Both the position numbers and the translations under genes were made by a program. A DNA stretch of 64,000 nt, from NCBI RefSeq assembly GCF_009914755.1, contig NC_060928.1; one strand, written 5' to 3'. Origin of the DNA: the human T2T-CHM13v2.0 reference genome, Homo sapiens. Positions 41,307 through 54,758 of this stretch are shown piece by piece. Each line of letters begins with the position of its first letter. Positions within the stretch are counted from its first letter, which is position 1. The notes under the pieces were generated by a model. That model made no database searches. It had not been told where the DNA came from and saw only the letters and a list, made by a program, of their open reading frames with translations.

Positions 41307-41640
41307 AGGACCCCCCCTGCAGTTTCACTTTCTTCAGTTTCAGTGACTCATGGTCAACTGTGGTTCAAAAATAGGTGAGTATGGTACAATCAGATATTTT
41401 GAGACAGAGAGAGAAAGGAGAGAGACCGCATACACATAACTTTTATTACGGTATATTGTTACATTGTTCTGTTTACTATTGTTGTTATTAATATCTTACG
41501 GTGCCTAACTTATAAATTAACTTTACCATAGGTATGTATGTACAGGAAAAAACATAGTAGATAGAGGGTTGAGTACTATCTGTAGATTCAGGCATCCACT
41601 GGGGGGTTTTGGAATGTTATTTCATAAGGAGGAACTACTG
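41307..41640. mobile_element. MER44A (Tigger7-derived MITE)
   Basis: Recalled MER44 motifs GGTCAACTGTGGTTCAAAAATAGGTGAGTA and TTCAGGCATCCACTGGGGG, ending in ACTACTG. Confidence 0.8.
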
Positions 41641-42176
41641 TGTATTCATTGATTACTACTATTTACCAATTACCACTTTCAACATATATTTCGTGATTCC
41701 CCAGGTACTAAGTATACAGTAGTAAGAGACCATTCCTGAAGCTTATATTCTAGAGAATGAGCAGAAATTAATCAAATAGTCACTCATACTCAAATTGGAT
41801 CATGACATGTAACACATAAAAGCAATCATGAATACATGTTTTAGAGATCTGTGATCTATCTCAGGGGTTCAGGAAAAGCTTTTCTGAGAAGTGCCATGGT
41901 GCGTCTCAGTAGATTGAATTCTAGAAGGATGTTCAGGCAGAAGGTAGGTTGTGTATAAGGCACTGAAGCAGGAAGGAGCTACATCTTTGGGAAGTGGAGT
42001 GGAAGCCAGTGTGGCTAGAGGTTAGCCAACACAGGCCAGTAAGTCTGGAGGAGGCTGAGAAGACCGAATGAGACCCCACATCTTAAGGGCTTTTGGAGGT
42101 CACACTAATAAGCCGTATGACTTTAGGTAACCTTTCTAAGCCTCAGTTTTCTTACAAGGGAGATAATTTTCAATAT

Positions 42177-42539
42177 CTATATGGTTTAGCTTTGTGTCCC
42201 CATCCAAATCTCATCTTGAATTGAAATCCCCATGTGCTCGGGGAGGGAGCTGGTGGGAGGTGATTGGATCATGGAGGCAGATTTTCCCCCATGCTGTTCT
42301 CGTGATAGTGAGTGAGTTTTCATGAGATCTGATAGTTTAAAAGTGTTTGGCAGGTCCTCCCTCCATCCCACTCCCGCTGCCATGTAAGATGTGCCTTGCT
42401 TCCCCTTTGCCTTCTGCCATGATTGTAAGTTTCCTGAGGCCTCCCCAGCCATGCAGACCTGTGAGTCAACTAAACCTCTTTCCTTTATAAATCATCCAGT
42501 GTCAGGTTCTTTATAGCAGTGTGAAAACGAACGAATACA
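42177..42539 (+). mobile_element. THE1 (THE1D-like) solo LTR
   Basis: ATATGGTTTAGCTTTGTGTCCCC...GAAAACGAACGAATACA with a perfect 5-bp TSD AATAT (42172-42176 / 42540-42544). Confidence 0.92.
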
Positions 42540-42549
42540 AATATGCTAA

Positions 42550-43512
42550 AACTCAAGCCCTGACTTTTCCTCTGAGCTCTAAGTCATCCAATGCCAATTT
42601 GATGTATTCATTTTGATACCAACAGGCATATTCAACTCATTTTCACAACAGAATTTCTGATTCCTGCAGCTCCATGCCCTGAAGCCTCCTCCTCATCTAC
42701 CTTCCTTCATTTTAGTGAATGTCTCCATTCTTCCATTGCTCCAGTCAAAATCTCAGGAATCATCCTCCCGTTATCACTGTCCCTCATTTTCCATATGAAG
42801 TGAATCTTGTTGGCTCTGATGCCAAAATAGATCACAAATTCAACCATTTCCACCATCTGCACTATTGTCACTGTAATCTCAGCCTACATCTCTTCTCATC
42901 TGTATTACTGCAGTAGCCTAGCTGTCTCCCTGTATCTACTCTTGTTCTTTTATAATCCATTATCCACTCAGAAGCCAGAATGTGCTTTTTATAATGTAGA
43001 TTTTCATGTCACCTCTCTATTTAAAATACTCCTGTAGTTTCTCACTACACTTAAAATGAAGTCCAAACTCCTTAGAATCACTGAAGATCCTTGGATGAGC
43101 GGTCTCTGCCTGTCTTTCTGATAGCCTCTTGTACCTCCACACTCAATGTACTCCAGACATGCTGGCCTTCTGTTTGTTTCTCAAACATGGCAAGCTCACT
43201 GCTGATCTTTATGGTATCAGATCCTGCTCATCAACTGGTCTTCTGCCAAAAAACCACATTCTCAGAGAAGCTTCTCTGACCACCTATCCCCAGCCCTCTG
43301 GCTGGATAGTCACTCTCCCATTACCTCATTTGAGTTTCTCAATAGCAACTACCATTCTCTGAAATTATGTTTACTTATGTCTTGCTGCCCTCATTCCAAC
43401 TTCCAAATATAAGCTCCGCAAGAGCAGGACCTTGTCAATCTGATCCTCCTTGCTTAGCAAAGTGGCATAGAGTTGCAGTGCAATTCAACTATTTGTTGGC
43501 TAAGTGAATGAA
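42550..43512 (+). mobile_element. L2 3' segment
   Basis: L2-like body ending in tatttgttggctaagtgaatgaat. Confidence 0.75.
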
Positions 43513-44773
43513 TATGTGGATGAAACCACCTCACAGGGGTCCCATTCATCTCAAGAGTCAGAATCTGTTTGCCTGGACTGCATAATCTGGTTTCATGGAT
43601 AAGACACGCTGAAAGCTGCCAGTTTTTGACTAGACAAGTATTTCATTAACGTAGACCATTTCAAGGCCCAAATCCATTTCAAGTTTTGAGGACCCAAGTC
43701 CATTGCCTTTAGTGCAATTCGGGGACTACTCTCAACATCATAATCTGTATCAGTAAACTCATCCAAATTCAGTTATTTCACCCTGCTGTGAGTTCCATAA
43801 TAGTGGGTAACTTATTCCCATGATCAACTTAAAACAAACATAAAAGGACTCAGGAAAACCATCTGTCAGAGAAGCACATAAACTTTCAAGCAATGGTTTA
43901 AAACATCTATTGATTGCGCAATGGATGATTTGTAATTACAGAATACGCATTTGGTAAATAGGTCTTTGTGGCCCTTTGAACTCTTTTTATTGGGTTAACA
44001 GATAATTAGGGTCTGTTGTGTAGATGCTCCATAATTGCTCCTTTGGAGCAGTTAAAGTTTGCGGAATGGATCCCCAACTCTGCTATTTCTTTGTTGCATC
44101 CCTCCAGCTCCTAATAGAGCTAGTGAGAAGAGCTGGGAGAGGCTCACCCTGGTATTTAGGAGGCAGCTGTTTTGCATTCAAGGTAGATCTCAGAAGCAGC
44201 AACCTGGGTGGCAGGGAGGGCAGGAGAGAGAGTTGGTTCTATAATCCCGGAGGCTGTCCCAGCTGCCCCCGCCAGCCAGCCTTGGGCATAGTGTAAATTG
44301 CTGCTGCTTTCTCACCATGTGTGGACCACCAACCTGAGCTGTGTGAGCCTCAGCACTTTCTTCTCTGGGTAAGTCACATCTTTTTCAGATTTCAGTTCCA
44401 AGTATCTGTTCCCAGGCTGGTGCTGCATCAACACTACCTCTTTTCTCTTCTTTTCTTTATGACTCCTACTTTGAGAAGTAGTTTCAAATACTCATTATCA
44501 AGTTCTATTCATCTTTCAGACTCAAAAGGTTTAGAGGCTGGGCTCTGGAGCCTGATCCTGCTTGAGAGGCTGGGCTCTGGAGCCTGATCATTCTGGGTTT
44601 GAATTCAGGCTCTGGAATTTACTAGCTGTGTGACCTTAGGAAGGTTGCTTAACCCTTTCTGTAAACCAAGGAGAATAGTAGTAGTTGCCACCTTTTAGTG
44701 GACACTAGCTAGGTGCCAGGTACCATGCTATGTATTTTCATACATCTCTCTCTTTCAAAAAAATAAGAACTAA

Positions 44774-45077
<304 letters not shown>

Positions 45078-45569
45078 AGAACTAATTTTTTTAAAAAAAC
45101 TATTATCTATCTCCATTTTGAAGTTGACAAAAATGCCTTGGGAGTTAAACAACTTGCTCAAGGCTAGAAATCTTCTAAGTGGTAGAGACAGGGTTTAAGC
45201 TGAGGCCTAACTCATGTGCTTAACTGTTATGCTCTCCTCTCTCCTGACAGTATCCATTTCCTAGAGTTATTTTGATAATTTGATAAGATAACATTTGTAA
45301 AACACTTTAGCTCAGAGCTAAGTAAATGTTCACTAAACATGAGCTAATGTGATTGGTCTTCTCTTCTTGTGAAGCTTTCCTTTGCTCCGCCCTGGCCAAA
45401 TTAGTTGCCCCTTTCTCTGGCTTCTATCACATTTATACATTTTGTCCTCTGTAATATCTGAACTGTAACTACTTGTTTACCTGTCTGTCTGTTCTACTGC
45501 CAAGTACAATGTTAAGCGCAATGAAAGAGCTCCAAGAAAATGTTTTGAATAATAGTAGTGAGAAGGTGA

Positions 45570-48330
45570 ACTTTATAATTCACAGATATGTAAAGACCTA
45601 GAGTCCCAAGAGAGCACAGCCTGTTCAGGACCTGCTGCAAGAACAGCATGCCTGAATAATAAGAGGTGGGCCGAGGTGGATGGTGAGATATGGGAAGAAT
45701 TATACGAGATGATGCTGGTGAGGTAGGAAGGCCTCATAGGCCATGTTACAGTGTGGACTTTACCTCCACAACCGTGGAGAATGATGGAAGACATTCAAGC
45801 AGGGTTTGTATGATTAGATTTGTTTCAGAAAGATCACTCTGGGTAAAGTGTGAATGGATTGGGGGTGAAGTGGAGCAGGCACCAGACCAGAAGCGGAAAG
45901 TTGCTTAGTAGTCTCTTGAAGTGGCCCAAGCAGGAGATGATGGGGCCTAGGTCAGGGAATGGTCGTGGAGTGAGATTTCACATGGGTGAAGAAGAGAGGG
46001 TAAATTCCCCGTGTCTAGCAGATCCTGGGACTTTTATTCAAGCTTGGAAAAATCCTGTCTACCCCTCAATACCAGATAAGAATCCCAAATGGCTGTTGTT
46101 TTTGGAATACCACTTATAATGTGAATTACTTTCTCATTTGTTTCAGAGACTAACCTATGAAAAAGCAAGGGCTATGGATCAAGTATTCTTTGAAGTGCCC
46201 TGTTCACTTCATGGTTCTGTAGAGAATTAGAAAACTTCCAGGAGTTTCCAAGAATGCTGATATCCAGTTCACCACTTTACCCACTGGTGAGGAGAAGAAA
46301 GTCAAAGGAAACCATATGTCTTAGACCTTAGTCTCCACTGGTGACCTCTGTCTACCTTGACCCTTTCTCTATCAGGTGACTTCTCTTTTCTGACCTTTCC
46401 CCTAACGTAGTTTTAGATATTATTGCTTTTTCAAATCCAGATCAATAAGAAGGAAGAGAGCTTTCCCCAAAATCCCTGGGAAAAGTTCTAGGCTGCATCA
46501 GACACACCCTTCCTTCCAAACAACTACAACAGTTAAGAAAGCGATGTCTACTTGGAGTATAGATGATAGCCAGCCATGTGTGTTAGGTCCCTGCAGAACT
46601 TTCCCATATTTTTTCCCTTAAAATAATCCCAAGTCACTAAGATACTCAAAGATATAGGCTCTGTTGATGCACATGACTTTGCATTTCCTTTCTTTTTCTT
46701 TGTGCTTTGAGTGAGAAGTCAGTCAGAAAAGAGGACAAAAAACCAGATAGATGGCTGTGTTTATGATGCACAAATACACAACATAAGCATACCAGCTTAG
46801 TCAAGGGACCGATGGACCCCTCGGGGGGCGAGCTGGCCCTATTTCACTCCTTGCTGAGCCTCTGAGTGCCCTGGGCTTGAAGCCCAGTTAAACGCCTTGT
46901 GAAAATTGCCCACATGCTGTCCAAAGTCTGCTCCTTCTGCAAGTTTAGCCTACTAAACTGGCGGAAACACCCTTAGCTTCAATGGGGCGATACTGAATTT
47001 AAAGTTCGAGATTCTACAAGGTTTAACAATTTTTGAAGCATTTTATATATATTAGCATACATCTTCTCCATGTAGATCCTGTAATATAGGTATTGTGAGC
47101 CCCATTTAACAGATGGAAAGACTGACACTCAGAGAAGAAGTTGAATATGCATTTCCAAAGGTCACACAGCAATTAGGTGGTTGATAAGGAATCAAACTTA
47201 GAGTCACTCAACTTATGAAATAGTTCACTGGCTTCTAATATAGTCAGGCAGTGTATCAGGCACTGGGAATACAATGGTAAATGAAGAGATATGAAATTTT
47301 CCCTCATGGATCTTATAGTCCAATTGAAGAGACACTCATTAGACAAAGTACTCAAAACAACAGAAAACTGTAAATATGGATAAGAGCTATGAAGGAAAAA
47401 CAGGGTGTAATTTAGACGTGGGGTGTGTGTTTGTGAATGTGTGTGTGTATGTGACTGAACACCATTTATAACATTTAAGAGCCAAGAAATAGGAGGAAGG
47501 AATATGGGAGAAGAGCAGGAGTATGAAGTTTCAACAGGAGATGATAGTATGTATAAAGGCAAGAAGAACTTGGTGTGTTTGAAGAGCTGGAAAAGGCTGA
47601 GTGAGTGTGGCTGGAATAGAGTGGGTTAGGAAGAGCATGGCATAAGATGAGATCAGATTACTGGTAAGCTAGGCTAAAACATTTAGCCATGGGTTTTATT
47701 CCAAGGGGGCAAAATGAGAAGCAAGGAGAACAATTAGGACACTGCAATAACCCAGGAGGAAGATGACAACTTTATGTTTCCAAATTTTGTAATTTTTGGT
47801 ATGGTATGTGCTATAGTTGTGATCTAGAGAATTGTCTGACAGTTGAGAAAGGTTGTTCTTTGCCATACTTTAAAAATCACCCTTAAGTTTTCTTTACTTA
47901 CAAGGTGTTGAGAGACAGTAGAGCCCTTGGTACATTCAAGAATTAGCAAAGATTTTAGCCACACGGTTCTAGAATTAAGAAGGCCATCTCTTCATGATCA
48001 AACAGGCTGCACAATATGCCACACAAGTGACATTTGAAAAGGAAATTGACCATCGGAACTCTTAATAACTGGTCCTCCCCAATAAGAGATGCTCCACCAT
48101 TCTTACTAGCGATGTGACAATGGGCATGCTACTTAAACTTTTTTGAACCTAATTGACACCATTTGTGAAAAAAGGATAGAAGTAGTACTTTACTCATAGA
48201 ATCATACTGAAATGGGATTAGATTTAGAATTGGATTCATGGGAAGATTAAATGAGATAATACACGCAAAGCACTTAACACAATGCCTAACAGGATAAGCA
48301 TTCTGCTTTCAATAAATAATAGCTGTCATA
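45570..48330. mobile_element. Scattered L2 (45570-45990, 47240-47770) and MIR (47080-47190, 48060-48330) relics
   Basis: Recognisable L2 and MIR core motifs. Boundaries are approximate. Confidence 0.6.
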
Positions 48331-49492
48331 ATTATTAATAATGATACTTTTACAGTATAAATGTAATAAGATTAGATACCAGCATCACTTCTGTGGAATA
48401 ATTAATTTCTGTCCCTAGGCAAAGTATTGACATATGTAGCTTAATTTATGAAAAATATATATCCTGTGTCTCCAAATTATTTTAAAATGCTTTGAAATGC
48501 TTGGATGAAAGAAATTATAAAAACATCACATATATTATTCCAAAGAGAAATTGTATCCTACAGAGCTAGACTTTCCCTAATGACTACAGGCCATCTTAAG
48601 AATAGCCTGTTTTATTATCGAACTGAACAGTTGGCAGTATTGGACACAATTACAGATTCTGCTTTAGAAAAACCAACGTTAATTGGATTTCTGAATGCCA
48701 TTTGAACTACAGAGAGAGAGAATTCTTCTTCTAGCTCCGAAATCCACTTACTTTTAGCAGAGCACACTACATGGAGTTTTAGCTCTCCTAATGGCTTCAG
48801 GTAAACCCAGAACTAGAGCATTAGCTTCTCAGTGGAGGAAGGATGTATCAAGTATCGAATGCACAGGGCTGCGATTTATCTCTCTCCAATTCTGCTAAAG
48901 CAAATGTCCTTTGAAAAATGCATCTGATGAGAGTGTATTGTAAGGGAGATTCCTGAAGATCATCTCCCTTTCTAAACCTCTTTGATCTGAGATTAATCTG
49001 AAGATGGCTCAGAAGATCTGAGAGTTACCTAAACTCCAGCGTGTAGCCTGTGTGCCTCCTTGACCATGTGCCTCAGTTTCCAGAGATTTATATTCACAAA
49101 CTTACAGATCAGTCAAAAGTAATGAAAAAGGAATTTAGCCTCTAATATCTATGTCTTAAGAAGAAGTTATGAGGATGTAACTTACCAGCTGGCAACACTT
49201 TTCATATGTCCTTTTCTGTCTCCCCAACTCTCCTGGACCCATGTTGCTCCACAGCCCCTGTTTACTAACACCTCCCACTCCCACCACGGAATGCTCCTCC
49301 ATCTCATTTAGCTTTTTGTCTCTTACCCAGTATTTAGATTAACTTGCCCTTTCTCCCTGCCTTCTTTTCTGTAACCTGAACCTGTGATTTTTCTTTCTTT
49401 GCCCATTGTCCAGTTTCCAGTTCTGTGTTATGGATGTCAAGGGGTCTAACTGACAGAGGCTAAGTCTCCATATGGAATAATGTTCATTCTTC

Positions 49493-49801
49493 TTTTTTTG
49501 TTTTTTTGTTTTAGACTGGATCTTGCTCTGTTGCCCAGGCTGGAATGCAGTGATGCAATCATGGCTAACTGCAGCTCAACCTCCTGGATTCAAGCTATCC
49601 TCCCACCTCAGCCTCCCAAGTAGCTAGGCCTACAGGCGCATGCCCCATGCCCAGCTAATCTTTTTTTTTTTTTGGATTTTTCGTAAAGACAGGGCTTCAC
49701 CATGTTGCCCAGGCAGGTCTTGAACTCCTGGACTCAAGTTATCCACTCAACTCAGCCTCCCAAAGTGTTGGGATTATAGGCATGAGCCACTACACCCAGC
49801 C
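49493..49801 (-). mobile_element. AluJ
   Basis: J-type diagnostics; TSD atgttcattctt/atgtttattctt. Confidence 0.9.
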
Positions 49802-51483
49802 AACATGTTTATTCTTAATAAGGGCTTTATATTTGGTTCTGTGAACTGCTCTATACAGTGCTGGATTATAGTGTGCTGTGGGGGTGGGACTTGGATCATC
49901 GGGTTCCTCGTTGGTTGTATTCAGTCCCAGTTTGGACACAATCCCCAAGTTCTCCTTGGAAAGAATTGGAGTGGGACAGGGAGGGAGGAGGGGGAGGGAA
50001 ATGTGAGTGAATCTGGCTGTGTTGATACTGATGCAAGCTTAGAAGTATGAAAAATAGTATCTGCCATCAGCTGAGGTGCAGAGAAAGGAAAAAATGGAGG
50101 GAGGAGAGATTGGTAAGGGAGAAAAGGGATGAAGGTAGAGGGCTTCAGTAGGTGGGGCAAGAAGGAGAGCGGGGAAGACATAAGATGCAGAAAGAGGCGA
50201 GAGACCTGTCAAAAAGTCAACAATCCAACTCCATTGCTCTGGCAGTAGTCACTTGATTCACAGTCCAGGGAATTGATTACAGGGGCATGAGTGGTATGCC
50301 AGGAACCTGTTTCTGGATGGAGATTTGGACTCTGATCAAAAATGTTTCTTGGCTGTGAATAGTTGAACTACCCTGCTAGGAATATGGCCCCAGATAATGA
50401 GCAGGTGGGATACACTCCTCTTTTTTCCACATCCATTTTATTATGCTTTAAGCACATGCCATGGCCATGGCCCAGCTTCTGAGAGATCTTAGCCCAGAAT
50501 ATATGCTTCTGTGGTGAGCTAATAGAGATTAAGCTGAGGTTTTCTTAGATGTTGCCTCTCATTCCAAAGTAGGTCAAGATTTCATGATTGCCATCCTTGA
50601 ATGGACTGTCTGCCTTTTTTTTCTTTTTTTGGAAGGTTGGAAGAAGCCTTGGAGGGCACACAGAAGCACTTCCTCCTTTTACAAACAAGAAAAGGGACAG
50701 AGTGACAACTTTAAAAAAATCTACATCTGAAGTTAGTTCTATAGTTTCCTATCTCCAGAAGAGGCAGAAATGAACTCCACCATGCCTAAAGTTTGGTTAG
50801 TAGAACACAACTAATGACAAATAACAGAATACAGAGCACCTCATTTTCCATTGTCCTTTTCCATACTCAGAGCAATACTATGACAGTACAAGTGGGGCTG
50901 ATCTATTTCACAGAAGAAGAAACTGAATTCAGACTGTCTAAAATCCACAGACAAGGCAGAGAGGGACTTCCTGGTTCAGACACACTACTCCAGAGGAAAT
51001 GCTTGTGCCACTCTAAAAGGCAGCCTCCTCCTTAATTGTGTAAATGGCTTTACTTAGTTCTGATCTCTGTGGTGCTGCTAAAGTTGAACAGGACAAAGTG
51101 GAGCCTTGTTGACTCACTGATGCTCAGTTTTAATATTGATAACAGAGGTCTTCACTGTATCCACCATCTGTAGAGCCACTCAAAGTGCAAATTGCACAGT
51201 AAAGAGATGGGTTAAGAGGACAAGAGGAATGGTGAGAAAGAAAAAATTAGGCCATCTTTTTTCTTGCCACGGGGTCTTTTGTCCTGTTTCCTTTCATTGC
51301 TGTTTCCTCTAGGGTGGACCTTTGGTGGCCACATTAGTGGGAGCATCGAGAGGAAGATGCTGTGGTATGTCAGTACCCACACATCGCCTGGCTGCTGGCT
51401 GGTAGCTAGCCACTTAGGACAGGGAAAATCGCTTCCTTCTTCCACTTAAGTGGGACTCCGGACTCCTAGGGATAAGTCTTTAG

Positions 51484-51861
<378 letters not shown>

Positions 51862-54217
51862 TGATACACATGACAGGATCAAAGCATTGATCATGTGTAA
51901 ATGGTTCTAGAATCTCTCTTAGCACCACCCTCCACAGAGGATGCTATCTTTGACTGCTCAGTTTCTTCCCTCTGCCATGTTGACCACCTTAGGAGACCAG
52001 TGAGAGTCTCTACCTTATCTTGAATCATTCCCAAGCTCCAAGGACTACCCACCTCCACATTTAAATACTTGTTTCCCCTGACTTCCTGATTGGCCTGCTT
52101 CTCCCAAACTTTCTACTTTCTCCTCCAAGTTATAATTCTTCTTTTTTTTTTTCTTTTTTAAGTTATTAGGTCACAATTCACTTTTTTTAATGGGCAAGTG
52201 TAAATGAGGAAAACTAGTAGATTTTTTTTTTCCATCCACAGCCAAGTACAGCTTCAAGACAGCTCAGTGCTGGTAGTGAAGGAGTGCCTGAGAGAATGGG
52301 AATGAACCTCATCCAATAAAACTGGGCTGTTGTTTTTGGATCACATGCTGTGAATTGATTTATTGTTTAAAGTGATGAAAAAGGTGTTCGGAGACTTGGA
52401 GGAGAGTTTTGCTCTGCGGTGATGCTCCCGCAGTCAGGAAACAGTCTTCTGAGCCATTCAGAGCTAGGAAATATGGGGTTATTTTGGTAGCTGTCAGCAG
52501 GAATTGGCTACAGTCTGTATGTTAAATAAATACAAACTGCCTATTTAATTATTTAACAATGAGAACAAACGTCCCACTGTTGGCAAGAGGAAAACAGTCA
52601 ACACTCAAACTATGTAGAATCCCATCTCATTCCCATGATGTGATTTGACCCTGTTTGCACCCACAGGCTTGGCTGCAACCCTCCAGGGCATCTTATCACT
52701 GTTTTATTGGAGTTGGAACGCGGCTGGAATTGGAGTACAAATTTCCTTCAGCAAGGAAATGCTGGAGAAACAAGAGCAAGTTAACCTCCAAATGGGTTCC
52801 AAGGCAACCGCTGTGTTGAAATTTCACTTGGGTTCCCCTGGCTCTTTTTTACCTGCCTCTGCCAAATTGTTGATGCCCTCGCCTGTTGGAAATGGATGAC
52901 TTTGAACAACGAGGGGCAAGGAGCCTCTCTTTTACTTCAGAACTACTACAGCAAGAATTCAAACTCTTTGTTTTTGAGAAAATAGCTCCTAATGCTGTGT
53001 TGATTTTACCGTGTGCTTCAGAAAAAGACCCTTAAGGCTAATTGATATGAACATATAGAGGCAGTCTGAGCTTACCAGAATTTATATTACCTGATGTGTT
53101 AAGAATCAGGAAGCTATTTATGCTAGCCTATAGCAGCAACCCTTTGTATTTAGTGTGTTTGTGTGTACACACATACCTGTGTAAATCAAAATGAAAGCTT
53201 GCTTTTGTGATCTAGCACAAGTTTTGCCATATCATATATACATTTTTAACTTTTGGAAGGTAGAAGACAATTGATAGGCATTTAACATGAAGAAAACATG
53301 CATTTATAGTCAATATTAATAGAATAGATGGTACTAATCTATAACAGTGAAAAATAAAGAAGGTAGAGGAAGGAGGACAAAGACAGAGAGGAGACAGGGG
53401 GGAAAGGAGAAGACAGAAAAAAGAAAACCTCAAAACAAGGACTGCTCTGAGAGCCACAACTGAGTTTTATGCTTCTTGCTGTCATCTTTCTCTAACCTTA
53501 AAGGGCAGAAAGCAATTGGGAGAACTAACCTGCACTTAGATTTCAGCTTCCATAGGATGTTACATTCTCAGGGTCTATTAAATCGATTGGACTTTGACCT
53601 TAGCTTCCACGAAGTCCTTACCTTTTGATTGGGGCTGAGAGGTCTGATTTAACCTCATGGAATTTGTATTTTTTGGAGGAACTCCTGCCTCGTCCGTACA
53701 TGGTGAAACCCCCAACAGCAGCATTTTTAATTTCCAGATTCTCAGCAGACACAATGCACAGACTGTAGAAAACACCTGCTCATCCGGACCGCTCAGCTCA
53801 CAGGCTCCTTCCTCAGGGGAGCATCTGATGCTCCAGGCAAGGCAGACCCTCTTCTTATACTCTTGTGACCTCTTAGACTTTTCTTTTGTAGCACTTACTC
53901 CAGACTCTAATCATATTTATGTTGTGATTGTTTATGCAATGGTTTTCTTCCTAACTAGGCTCTGAGTTCCATGAGAGTTGCAATGTCTGCATCCCTTACC
54001 CTTGTTGATATACTGCACTGTGCCCGGTACCTAAGTAATTGCTCAATAAATATTTGTTAAATGAATGATTATAATAGTATGCATATATGCATATATAGTA
54101 TGATAATATATATAAATATGTGTAAAACAGTATATATACACATGCTATATTAATAGCACATCATGTAATATTGTATGTCTACACACACATACATTCAGTA
54201 TTTACTCAGTTTTTCTG

Positions 54218-54255
54218 TATAAGTACCGCGCGCTAACCGATTGTGCCACTGGAGC
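54218..54255 (-). pseudogene. Tailless retropseudogene of the tRNA-Ile(UAU) 5' exon
   Basis: The reverse complement GCTCCAGTGGCACAATCGGTTAGCGCGCGGTACTTATA matches the recalled tRNA-Ile-TAT 5' exon with one mismatch. 21-bp direct repeats flank it at 54197-54217 and 54259-54279. Confidence 0.92.
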
Positions 54256-54390
54256 TCTAGTATTTACTCAGTTTTTCTGAGGCTTATTTACTCATTGGTG
54301 AAGTGAAAGTGAATGTAAGGCTCTTTGCAAACCCCAAAGTGCTAGACCAGTAGGAAAGATCAGAATAGCCTTTCATATTAAACACTATGA

Positions 54391-54758
<368 letters not shown>

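Noticed and set aside
44360-44380. Strong donor GG|GTAAGT suggesting a lncRNA exon
   Set aside because: It is an isolated motif with no definable partner exon or transcript evidence.
46815-46835. CTCF-like motif CCCTCGGGGGGCGA
   Set aside because: It mismatches several core positions and is too weak without ChIP data.
54218-54255. Functional tRNA gene
   Set aside because: Only the 5' half is present; there is no T arm, B box or 3' acceptor strand.
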